From Geosiphon pyriformis uo1 (taxonomy: Eukaryota > Fungi > Glomeromycota): DNA of 22,010 nucleotides. The stretch is from contig JAAOMT010000492.1 in the NCBI GenBank assembly GCA_016748015.1, forward strand, positions 58,843 to 80,852, given 5' to 3'. How positions within the stretch are numbered: the stretch's first letter is position 1; each line of letters opens with the position of its first letter. The notes under the pieces were generated by a model, which was not told the DNA's origin, searched no databases, and saw nothing but the letters and a program-made list of their open reading frames with translations. Both the position numbers and the translations under genes were made by a program. Of the stretch, positions 1-9,250 are shown one piece after another.

Positions 1-2128
1 GAAATTCTAAGGCAATTGCTCTCATTAAGATATTTAAAAAGGAAATATTTTGTTTACACCTGGGTTTTCATATTTGTTTATCAAAAATCAGATCAAGTTT
101 ATGGAGCTATTTTCATTTATATAGAAACATTTTTATGGTTTTCTTGAATGTGTGAACTGAAATTCAATTTGTCATTATATTTCTTAATTGCTTGTGGATA
201 TTATAATGGCAACTCAATCAATGCTTCATTTCATTATGTTATAAATTTAAATGAGTTGCTTTTGAATTTTAAAGTTAGTGAAACTAAGATTTAAGTTTAT
301 TCACAAATAATGGTGGCCCAAGAGCTCTAAAAAATAGATTGTCCCTTTACGCCATTCTTGGAAATTATTAAATAAACCTTTGTCTGGTTCCTACAGGATT
401 CAATAGAATTGAATCAATCATAGCCCCAATAAAAATTCCTGCCTCATAATAATGGGATGTAGTCATGCAAACTATACCGAGAAAATTTTCCTATCCCTAA
501 TTCTTTTGGGAAAAGTTGCTTTAGCATTAATTGCCCTAGTTAAAGCATAAACAGATTTTTTTTTAAAATATTGCACCACAAGAATGCATTCAATGGTTAA
601 TTCAAATTCTCTAGAAATTTAGATTTTACATCTAATGAGGTTATGGATGACATAAACAAAATTAAGGAAAGTCAAATACTTGGCATAAATAGATAATGTT
701 TATTTTTTGTCAATTTGAGAAATCATCTCAAAAGGAAATCGATTGATTCAATTCAAGTTTTCTAATTGTTGAATTTTTATCGTAGAAAAAAATGTCATGA
801 TGCTTTCATTGTAAATATCGCGTTCCTGATAAAGACCATAGTTCAATTAAAAGGAAAACTGACAGCTTCTATTTTTCGAATACTTTGAGTTTCATCAGAA
901 AATTTTGAAATTCCTTCCCCTCAAAATTAATTCAAGATCATTGTATTTCTAGTATATCCGTTGTAGACCACAAAAAAAATTCTCATATCATTGTCAAACA
1001 TTCCCGACTTTTGACAAAGTCCAAAGTCCAAATTCAAAATTCAATTGCTTCATATTTTTGATTGAATGAAACCTGAAAGTTTATTTCAACAACAACAAAA
1101 ATTAAACTTGTTTTAATATATAAATGTACATTGAACTAAAAATTGTTTGATATTAGGCATTTAAATAACCATCCTAATACTTTAAAGTAAATGAATGCCC
1201 ATATATAAAATTGTTTATAAGCAGTGTTTAGATCACAAAAATTTATTGGGAGGACAATGGGAATAGTGGGTTAAAATTTTTTTAATACATGCTTAATTTA
1301 AAATATTCAGATATTCTGGCTTCACCATAATCTCTTTTGGTTTCCGACACACAAAAACTTTAGTTCTTTTATGAACTTTGCTTTCAGATCCCGTTGAAAC
1401 TTTTTAATAGAGAATATCTCAAACAAAGGGTATTAAGGTATTGTCTTTCTTGATTTTCAATGGTTAAAATTGATAAAATAAAGCTTATATTTTGACCTGG
1501 TTTTCAATCTTTCAAATTTTACACCCATATTTTTCTTTTAATTTATTCTAAACATAAATGCCAACAGTCGCAAGTTACCTTACTCAATCTCTCGCAATTT
1601 TCATATCATTGTTATGAATAACTAATGGTCTTGAGCTGTTCCAGAATTCTTTATCAGCTATAACTTCATTTTTTCAGCAATAAGGGACAAGATACTTTCT
1701 TGATTGTAAATTGTTATGTTCAATCACTCAATAATGATCATTCCAGCTCCAAATTTTATTATCAACATGATACTTGTAGAATTTTCAATTTTAGTAATCA
1801 GCTAGCAAATTCTAAAAATTCTCTTGAAACCATTCGTCTCATGCTCTGCGGGGAAGAAGCATGTATATGAAATCAATCCAGTGAAAATGCTCTGATACCT
1901 CATGTTTGTAAAAAATTTTTATGATTTGGAAACGATTAAAAATACTGATCAAATGAAAACTTTGTACTCAATAACTCAAATATGTGCTTTTCGTCATGTC
2001 AATTTTTCAAAAGTTAATGAACTATTATTTCATAATTCATTGGAAAAGTTACGATTAAATGGTTTGAACTTCCAATGCCTCTTTTATGATTCCTCCCTCA
2101 AATTCTTCACCAAATGCCAAATCCAACT

Positions 2129-2191
2129 CTAAAAAAGGCTTTTATATTAAAAAATTTTCAAATATTAAAAAATTATAAATGAGAAGCTTAC
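2129..2191 (-). other. Intron 2 of the Sel1-kinase gene (63 nt)
   Basis: GTAAGC donor at 2191 and TTTTTTAG acceptor at 2129. Splicing gives an open terminal exon. The same acceptor/exon junction is conserved in the paralogous fragment at 20685-20706. Confidence 0.8.
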
Positions 2192-2954
2192 CATTTCGAG
2201 AAATTGTAAAGCTTAATATTTTCTGACTCTTATCATGGTTATCACCTTGTATGGTTTTGTAATTAAGTCTTTTTCTACCAATAGTTTCATTTAAATTACA
2301 GTTGTTGCGAGCAGCAATAATTCTTTTTTGAAATTCTTCTGCGCTATCACGGCAATGCGGTTTATCATCCCAATTTTTTTCAATGATTTCCTGAATACAT
2401 TGAGGTGTATGCTTTTCGATTGGGAGGCGCTTTCCCTGAATTGTATATAATTGAATGGAAATAGGATATTTAATACTATTCCATGGTCTTTCTCCTGCAA
2501 CAATTTCCCAAGAAATGATGGCACAACTATAAATGTCGCTGTACTTGGTATGCTTGGTATGAGGCGACAAGTTACAAATTTCAGGTGCTAGGTATCGAAC
2601 AACACCAAAAATTTCACCAGGCTGTGGAGAGTAATTGGCAGGACGACAGAGTCTAAGATCAGCAATAACAACTTTTAAGGGGTTTGTTTTCAAAACAAGG
2701 ATATTTCCAAGATGCAAGTTCCCATGAACCAGTTTTGATTCATGGATAAATCCTAGACCACCAGCAATTTGAAAAAGAATACGAAGAAACATGTCCCACG
2801 TAAGAATATTATTGTTCAACTTGAGAAAAGTTCTGAGATCTCCGTGTTCCGCAAATGGTAAAACCATAACATATTCATTGGTTGTAATGTCTTTTGTGAT
2901 CCCATAGCATTCAAGGATGTATTTGCAAGTGGCACTTTGATGATGTGAAATAAA

Positions 2955-3023
2955 CTACACAATTATAGTTTTAGTGTTAGAAAAGGGTAATTAAAAATCA
3001 CATGGATTTTTAAAATGAAATAC
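2955..3023 (-). other. Intron 1 of the Sel1-kinase gene (69 nt, phase 0)
   Basis: GAG|GTATTT donor, CTAAC branch site and GTGTAG acceptor. Splicing joins ...INSDE to FISHHQSATCKYILECYGITKD... in frame with ORF 2142-2867. Confidence 0.85.
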
Positions 3024-3674
3024 CTCATCTGAATTAATATATTTTATATTCTGGCTATCTTTAATATACTTCAAAGCAACCTTTGTAACCCCAGTTCGTT
3101 CATACTTTTGACTTTTCTTTTCCCAAAATAGAATTTTGCCTATCTCCCAACTACCTTTTTTAACAATACCAAATCCTCCCTCTCCCACCTTATCTAAAAA
3201 TTCGATCTCGTTGGGAGAAATCTATTCTAGGCAGCCTCTGCGGTTTTCAGAAGAATGTTGTGTATGTGCAATATAATTATTAATATTTTGATTTCCACTA
3301 TTCCATGTTCCCCAAATTTTGTAAAATCGTGAAATTTCACAAGATTTACACTAAAGCGGATCTTTTGATGTTTTATAACATTCTAAACATTTCGGCAATC
3401 TGACTTTAAAGGTATCATCCCTTTTATCAGAATCACAAAATGGACATATAGGAGATCTATTAATGATTATACCCAAGTTGCCACATTTAAAACACTTGAA
3501 TTCATCTGAAAGCTGGTCAAAGAAGGCTTCAAAACTTAAAAATTCTCCTTTCAAATTATCGCGGTATTTAAAGCCTCGATTTTGGAATCGTAAAATGATA
3601 TATTCCAGATTGTTTTGGTCTTCTAAAGAAAGGTCATGGACATTCAAATCAGGAAAATCACTTTGATAACATAA

Positions 3675-5478
3675 GTTATTTGCTCCCGCTACTTTTAAAT
3701 AGAGTTCAAATGCTTTGTGGAGGTTTTTTGTGGTTCCCCATCTATTTTGATAACACCATCCTAGGTTATATTGTGCATTTTGATTTTCCGCCTCTGCTGT
3801 TTTTAAATAGAATTGAAATACTTCTTCTAAATTTTTCACTATTTCCCATCCCTTTCGATGATAAGTTCCAATACTGATTTGTGGACTTGGATTTCCCACT
3901 TTTTCCAGATCTTCCGTTATTTCTAATCAATTTTGATGATATGCTCTAAGAGCGATTTGTCCAAGTAAATCTCCCCTCTCTGCTGTTTTTGAATAAAGTT
4001 CAAATGCTTTTTCTGAATTTTTCGTCATTCATTCTCCATTTAAATAACAATCTGCAAAGCTGCTTTGTGCATTTAAATGTCCCGCCTCTACTGCTTTTGA
4101 ATAAAATTCAAATGCTTTTTCTGAATTTTTTGTTGTTCCTTCTCCATTATCATAACAAAGTGCAAGACTGTATTGTGCATCTAAATGTCCCGCCTTTACT
4201 GCTTTTGAATAAAGTTCAAATGCTTTTTCTGAATTTCTCGTCATTCCTCTTTCATTTATATAACAAAGTGCAAGATTATTTTGTGCATTTAAATCTCCCG
4301 CCTCTGCTGCTTTTGAATAAAGTTCAAATGCTTTTTCTGAATTTCTCGTTGTCCCTTCTCCATTATCATAACAAATTGCAAGACTGTTTTGTGCATTTAA
4401 ATATCCCGCCTCTACAGCTTTTGAATAAAGTTCAAATGCTTTTTAAATTTTTTGTCGTTCCTTTTCCATTATAATAACAATTTGCAAGATTTAATTGTGC
4501 TTCCAAATGTCCCGCCTCTGCAGCTTTTGAATAAAGTTCAAATGCTTTTTCTGAATCTTTTGTCATTCCTTCTCCATTAAAATAACAATTTGCAAGATTA
4601 TATTGTGCATTTAAATGTCCCGCATCTGCTGCTTTTGAATAAAGTTCAAATGCTTTTTCAGAATCTTTTGTCGTTCCTCTTCCATTAAAATAACAATTTG
4701 CAAGATTGTATTGTGCTTTTAAATGTCCTGTCTCTGCTGCTTTTGAATAAAGTTCCAATGCTTTTTCTGAATTTCTCATCGTTTCTCTTCCATTATCATA
4801 ACAAACTGCAAGATTATTTTGTGCATTTAAATCTCCTGCCTCTGCTGCTATTGAATAAAGTTCAAATGCTTTTTCTGAATTTCTCATCGTCCCTTCTCCT
4901 TTATAATAACAAACTGCAAGGCTGTTTTGTGCATTTAAATGTTCCGCATCTGCTGCTTTTGAATAAAGTTTAAATGCTTTTTCAGAATCTTTTGTCGTTC
5001 CTCTTTCATTTAAATAACAATCTGCAAGGCTGCTTTGTGCATCTAAATGTCCCGCCTTTGCTGCTTTTGAATAAAGTTCAAATGCTTTTTCTGAATTTTT
5101 CGTCATTCCTTCTCCATTAGCATAACAAAGTGCAAGATTGTATTGTGCTTTTAAATGTCCCGCCTCTGCTGCTTTTGAATAAAGTTCAAATGCTTTTTCT
5201 GAATTTTTTCTCGTTCCCCTTCCATTAGCATAACAAAGTGCAAGCTTGTTTTGTGCAAGTGCATTACCCGCCTCTGCAGCTTTTGAATACAGTTCATATG
5301 CTTTTTCTTGATCTTGAAAAGTACCAGTTCCAGTATCATAACAACGTCCTAAGAAGAATTGTCCAAGAGAATCTTTTGTGTTCGCTGCTTTCTGATATTT
5401 TAAAAATGCTTTTGTTAAATTAGGGATAGTTTCAATCCCATGTTCTAAAGAAAAGCCAAGTAAAATATTATCTATCGA
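3675..5478 (-). repeat. Coding tandem array of ~17 Sel1-like repeats (108 bp / 36 aa); high-identity core 3969-5262
   Basis: Unit consensus LxAQxxLAxCYxNGxGxTK(N/D)SEKAFELYSKAAEAGH. Units start at 5478, 5370, 5262, 5154, 5046, 4938, 4830, 4722, 4614, 4506, 4400, 4292, 4184, 4076, 3968 (10 codons deleted), 3890 and 3782. Confidence 0.95.
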
Positions 5479-5682
5479 ACGCTTTGGATTTTGCTTATTC
5501 AAGCAATCGAACAAATTTTCAGGTGTTTTCTGATTGTGCACAAGATATTTTTTCACTAATTCATCAACTTTTGAATATTCAGTAGCTGGAAAAATGGCCA
5601 AATTTTCTTTGATAACAATCAATGTTTCTTCAAGCCAGTCGAGGGTTGAAGTTGTGTTTTCAGTTGATGAATTTGAAGACAT
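4432..5682 (-). CDS. Uninterrupted 5' ORF (416 aa) encoding a possible truncated Sel1-repeat-only protein (~9.5 repeats)
   Basis: No stop or frameshift from ATG 5682 up to the 2-nt deletion at ~4445. Whether it is expressed is unknown. Confidence 0.45.
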   Translation of the reverse strand: MSSNSSTENTTSTLDWLEETLIVIKENLAIFPATEYSKVDELVKKYLVHNQKTPENLFDCLNKQNPKRSIDNILLGFSLEHGIETIPNLTKAFLKYQKAANTKDSLGQFFLGRCYDTGTGTFQDQEKAYELYSKAAEAGNALAQNKLALCYANGRGTRKNSEKAFELYSKAAEAGHLKAQYNLALCYANGEGMTKNSEKAFELYSKAAKAGHLDAQSSLADCYLNERGTTKDSEKAFKLYSKAADAEHLNAQNSLAVCYYKGEGTMRNSEKAFELYSIAAEAGDLNAQNNLAVCYDNGRETMRNSEKALELYSKAAETGHLKAQYNLANCYFNGRGTTKDSEKAFELYSKAADAGHLNAQYNLANCYFNGEGMTKDSEKAFELYSKAAEAGHLEAQLNLANCYYNGKGTTKNLKSI

Positions 5683-7272
5683 GATTTTCAAACAGAACAA
5701 GTAGATTATTAAGCCTTGAATATCTTGTATGGGTAAAGGAAGAGTTCATCTTTCTAATAAATAAGGATTTCAACCTCTAATCACATTCTTGAAAAGGCTA
5801 GGCCTTGAAGAAATTAGAAACGTTGGAAAGTTCTGAAAACACACAATCCCTCATCTAGATTGCTTAAACAGGTAGAGATTGTTTGGTCTTTGTCTTATTG
5901 CTACTTTAGTTTAAATGAGCTTTTTTGCGTAACAGTCTAAATGCATAACCCTAGCCAGTTCCAAAAATATTTTTTAATATCAAGAAAAGGTATATCACTT
6001 TTCTTTATTAGTAATAGGCTTTAATACCAAGTTTAAAGTAATTTCTTTGGTATAAAGTTTATCTCGGATTTTAGTGAGTCGATAGCATCAAATTAATTAT
6101 ATATTGTTTAGAAACTGTTAGCACGAGAAAATCACATAATCAAATAATTATATTTCTAATGATCAAAACAATGAAATAAACTGATTTTGAGACAAAGTAT
6201 CTCTAAAAAGAATAGTATCATAGTGGAAAGGATTTTAAAAAAAAATGTTATTGTCGCTGATTATAATTTTTTGAAAGATGAACAGCATTAATTGTGATAA
6301 GTTTTGCTTGAAATATTTATAAAAAATTTTTTATTTTTGTATAAATATTTTATATGTATTATGATAAAGTATCTTATAAAGAACACCAGATGGCCAAAGT
6401 TCCAGAAATACTTTTTGCCGCTCATGATCAATATTTTCGAATAAAATATCATATATGTATGATACGTTTAAAAAGCTACGAAATATTGTATCAAAAAAGC
6501 TCTTAATAATTCAGTTATAGTCATCCATTCTCAAGTTTTCAACTCCTTTAAAAAGAAAGTGATATAGTCCCATCTTTTACACAAAGATGGAATCCCTAGT
6601 TGAATAATGAAATTTAACTGGAAAATATTCATAACTGTACAAACAGTTAAAACGTTTTATGCCTCTGAAAATTCTTTTGGGGAACTTTTGCCTTTAATCT
6701 TGTGCTTTAACATAATCTTTGAATCACTTTTATCACAAAGTAAAACTAATTTTGCAAAATCTTATGCAAGGTTTTTACATGATCACAAATCTGTTGATTA
6801 CATAATACATTGAATTAACATATAAAACAGTTTCATCACAGCATTCAGAACTAACCATAATGCAAACATAAAATTTATTCGATAAACTTTGACGAGGTCT
6901 GTATATGTAAAATGGGAGTTTGTTTTTTTGTTAGGTGATTATAAAAGAGCCAGAGTTTAGAGAAAGTAAATTTATTATTTTGATTGATAGTTTCTTATTA
7001 ATTCTTAAATTCTAGAAAAGACTAATAAAATTCCATTAAACGTTGATAACTTGAAATTTTTTCAAAATAGTAATAATAATAATAATAATAAAAAGGAAAT
7101 ATTTTCAAATAACACGATAAGAAATAGGATATAATTTTTTATTCGCATGTAGAATATGGGTTAGTCTCCAAGATTTATTTTAAATGTTGAGGAAAATAAA
7201 TAAATATTTTAAATAATAATTTTCTCTTTTATAAATTCTCCCGTAATAATTTCTCGCGGATCGTGAGCGTTG

Positions 7273-7476
7273 TCAATCGGGATTCTCTAGAGTAAAATTG
7301 GATTTCTGATCTGTAATGAAAGACTGATTTTGACCAAAATCCGTGAAATTGAATTGACTAAGTGTGATGGGTTGATAACCAACAAATGGTAGTTCATCTT
7401 CTGCTTCAACTAATGCAGCAAACGAGAAATAAGGGCGAGGGAAAACTTCAAATTGTGGTGAAAGAACGATAGACAT
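7273..7476 (-). CDS. Short hypothetical ORF or gene relic (67 aa), no recognised family
   Basis: ATG start, locally higher GC and protein-like composition (MSIVLSPQFEVFPRPYFSFAALVEAEDELPF...). No motif recognised. Confidence 0.2.
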   Translation of the reverse strand: MSIVLSPQFEVFPRPYFSFAALVEAEDELPFVGYQPITLSQFNFTDFGQNQSFITDQKSNFTLENPD

Positions 7477-8373
7477 TGGGGGGATTGTGAAACTATTTTT
7501 TTAAATTGAAAATTATTTAGAGGCTTTTGAGAGAATGTAAGAGTAAAAAATCTAAAAAGTTTTGTTTCATTAGAAAAGACAAAATGTAAGTAAACGTTAT
7601 GCAAACAGTTTCTATGAAAAAAAAGAGGGTTTTTGAAAAGTCAAAAACGTCGAAAAGGAAACAGATTTATAGTGACCATCCAATGAAAAAGTTAATATGC
7701 AGCATGGATTGTGTAACTCGTTGTGGCGAAACAAACATGTACATGTATTACGCATTTTACCGATCTATACCAAAATTATCTATAATATACGTCATAATTA
7801 TGAAAAGATACATGTTTTAATAAATAAATGGTTCCATTTTTTGAAACAAGGCTTATTTTATATTGTAAATGATTCGAATCTGAAGGGCCAAAAGAAATTA
7901 AAAAATAGATAGATTCAAGAGAGAAGTATTAATCTTTTTTAATTTACAATTCCTGCACATTTTTCGGTTTTGAAATAATAATAAAAATAAAGAATCCTTG
8001 GGTGCATGTACATACATGTATTTATCTAATAAAGCTTTTTATACTATCCAAATCGTCACACGATCCAATCTAGTAGATAGATTTGTACCTCCTAAAAAAT
8101 GCATAAAACCTGTTTATTTTCCCAGTTTTTCCTGAAGTTTCAGATATATATAACAAAGAAATTAAAAATGAAAATACAATTGGTTGGAAGAATTGTGTTA
8201 TTTTTAGTATGCTTTATAACGAAAAATCTAATGTTACTCAAAAGAGATTTTTTTGGAATAATGTAGAATGGATCATATTTTTGACTGCATTCACATGCTG
8301 ATGATTAACTGTATGATTCATTGATAGAACGCGCGCGAAAAATAGCCTCGACTAATTACAAAATTTATCCCCA

Positions 8374-8392
8374 AGATGTGTATAAGAGACAG
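8374..8392 (+). other. Tn5 mosaic end / Illumina Nextera adapter (library-derived artefact)
   Basis: Exact 19-mer AGATGTGTATAAGAGACAG. The kinase coding frame begins abruptly, mid-domain, immediately after it. Confidence 0.97.
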
Positions 8393-8962
8393 CAATAATA
8401 GGGATTACCCAAAATCCGAAGACACTTGAATACGGATTTGTAACAGAATTTGCGGGAAATGGAGATATGCGACATTATATATCCTTGAATTTTTATTCTA
8501 TTAGTTGGGTTAGCAAACTTGCGATAGCTAAAGATATTGCTGAAGGACTAGGTATAATTCATTCTATTGGTATGGCTCATCGTGATTTACACCCTGCAAC
8601 TTGATGAAGATTGGGCAATTATTGGAGATCTTGGATTATGTCAACATGAAAACGATGAAAAAACAGAAAAGGAGATTTTTGGAGTGATTCCATATATTCC
8701 ACCAGAAGTTACAAAAGGTGAAAAATTTTTAACAGCTGGAGATATTTATAGTTTTGCTATATTATTATGGGAATTATCAGGAAAGCCTCCCTTCACTGAT
8801 CGTCCTCATGATGCTGGTCTCGTGATTGATATCTTAAATGGCCTTAGACCAGAAATTACCTCACTCGTTCCACCTTGTATCGTTACAATTATTGAAATGT
8901 GTTGGAACCCTAATCCATCGTGTCGGCCTACGGCTGAAGAATTAATGGGGAAACTTCATAAT

Positions 8963-9058
8963 TTGTGGTATAACTTGAAGTACGATAAGCCTACCATTGA
9001 GAATGTACAGTTTCAGGAAACGGATAAACTCATCAAAAAGATTTTAGAAAATGACGAA
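8963..9058 (+). repeat. 96-bp exact direct duplicate of 10253-10348 (contig-end overlap)
   Basis: ttgtggtataacttgaag...gaaaatgacgaa is identical in both places, and each copy abuts a 20-N gap. Confidence 0.93.
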
Positions 9059-9078
9059 NNNNNNNNNNNNNNNNNNNN
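9059..9078. other. Assembly gap (20 N)
   Basis: Run of N. Confidence 1.
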
Positions 9079-9250
9079 TCTAAAGCTAACAAGGAATCAG
9101 AAAACAATATAAAAGAAATGTTGAAAAAAAACGCGATAACAAATTATTCAATAACAACAACAACAACAACAACAACAACGATAAAGATTCATCCAGGAGC
9201 AGCTTATAAAAGTCGTGTTCTAACTTTGAAAATGATTGAAGAAACAAAAA
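9079..9250 (+). CDS. C-terminal exon fragment of a different TKL kinase paralog
   Basis: Frame from 9079: SKANKESENNIKEMLKKNAITNYSITTTTTTTTTIKIHPGAAYKSRVLTLKMIEETK, followed by GT at 9251. HPxAxYxSRxL is the typical post-kinase tail of Glomeromycotina TKL kinases. Includes (AAC)9 at 9153-9179 encoding poly-Thr. Confidence 0.7.

Larger units (their letters stand above)
2055..5682 (-). pseudogene. Sel1-repeat / Cys-rich linker / tyrosine-kinase-like (pseudo)kinase fusion gene; 3 exons (5682-3024, 2954-2192, 2128-2055), ~1165 codons when repaired; disrupted
   Basis: Manual translation links ORFs 4432-5700, 4029-4244, 3351-3899, 2991-3188 and 2142-2867. ATG at 5682 (MSSNSSTENT). 2-nt deletion at ~4445 (aat tta aaa agc vs repeat consensus aat tca gaa aaa gca). 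In-frame stops at 4031-4029 (TGA for Gly), 3929-3927 (TGA for Gly), 3353-3351 (PL*CKSCE, TAG for Trp) and 3224-3222 (LE*ISP, TAG for Trp). Kinase motifs GEGGFG, VALK, HGNLHLGNIL, IADLRL, YLAPE, SDIYS. Last exon ELDLAFGEE...VQTI*, stop at 2057-2055. Confidence 0.88.

Noticed and set aside
1300-1450. Faint kinase N-lobe resemblance on the minus strand (LIPFV*DILY*KVSTGSESKVHK)
   Set aside because: Too degenerate to support by eye; would need a tblastn/HMM hit.
1902-2132. Short ORFs 1902-2132, 6607-6813, 7410-7604, 7599-7820, 7697-7912, 15804-15998, 19137-19382 and 20306-20515
   Set aside because: Length and composition as expected by chance in AT-rich DNA, or antisense to better-supported features.
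3222-3353. Two TAG stops at conserved Trp codons, suggesting A-to-I stop-codon editing or a variant genetic code
   Set aside because: The same gene also has a frameshift, Gly-to-TGA stops and missense damage. Such editing is established only in filamentous ascomycetes. Ordinary decay is simpler; RNA reads showing TGG would reopen it.
3463-5423. Plus-strand repetitive ORFs (3463-3666, 3680-3877, 3989-4474, 4698-4973, 5238-5423) and alternate-frame 5151-5339
   Set aside because: Antisense or off-frame shadows of the Sel1 gene; their periodicity only mirrors the 108-bp unit.
3675-5478. CRISPR-like appearance (constant segment alternating with variable segment)
   Set aside because: Period is exactly 36 codons, the variable parts are homologous to each other and encode Sel1 helix A, no cas genes are present, and the context is eukaryotic.
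7700-8072. Possible degenerate inverted repeats (tggattgtgtaac...catgtacatgta versus catgtacatacatgta...gtcacacgatcca), MITE-like
   Set aside because: Short, gapped matches partly due to self-palindromic TACATGTA; no target-site duplication seen.
8329-8342. acgcgcgcgaaaaa resembling a cell-cycle (MCB/SCB/E2F-type) box
   Set aside because: Single short motif next to the chimeric junction; its downstream gene is unknown.
8374-8392. Natural IS50/Tn5 insertion or bacterial horizontal transfer
   Set aside because: The sequence is the engineered mosaic end, with no second end, transposase or target duplication.
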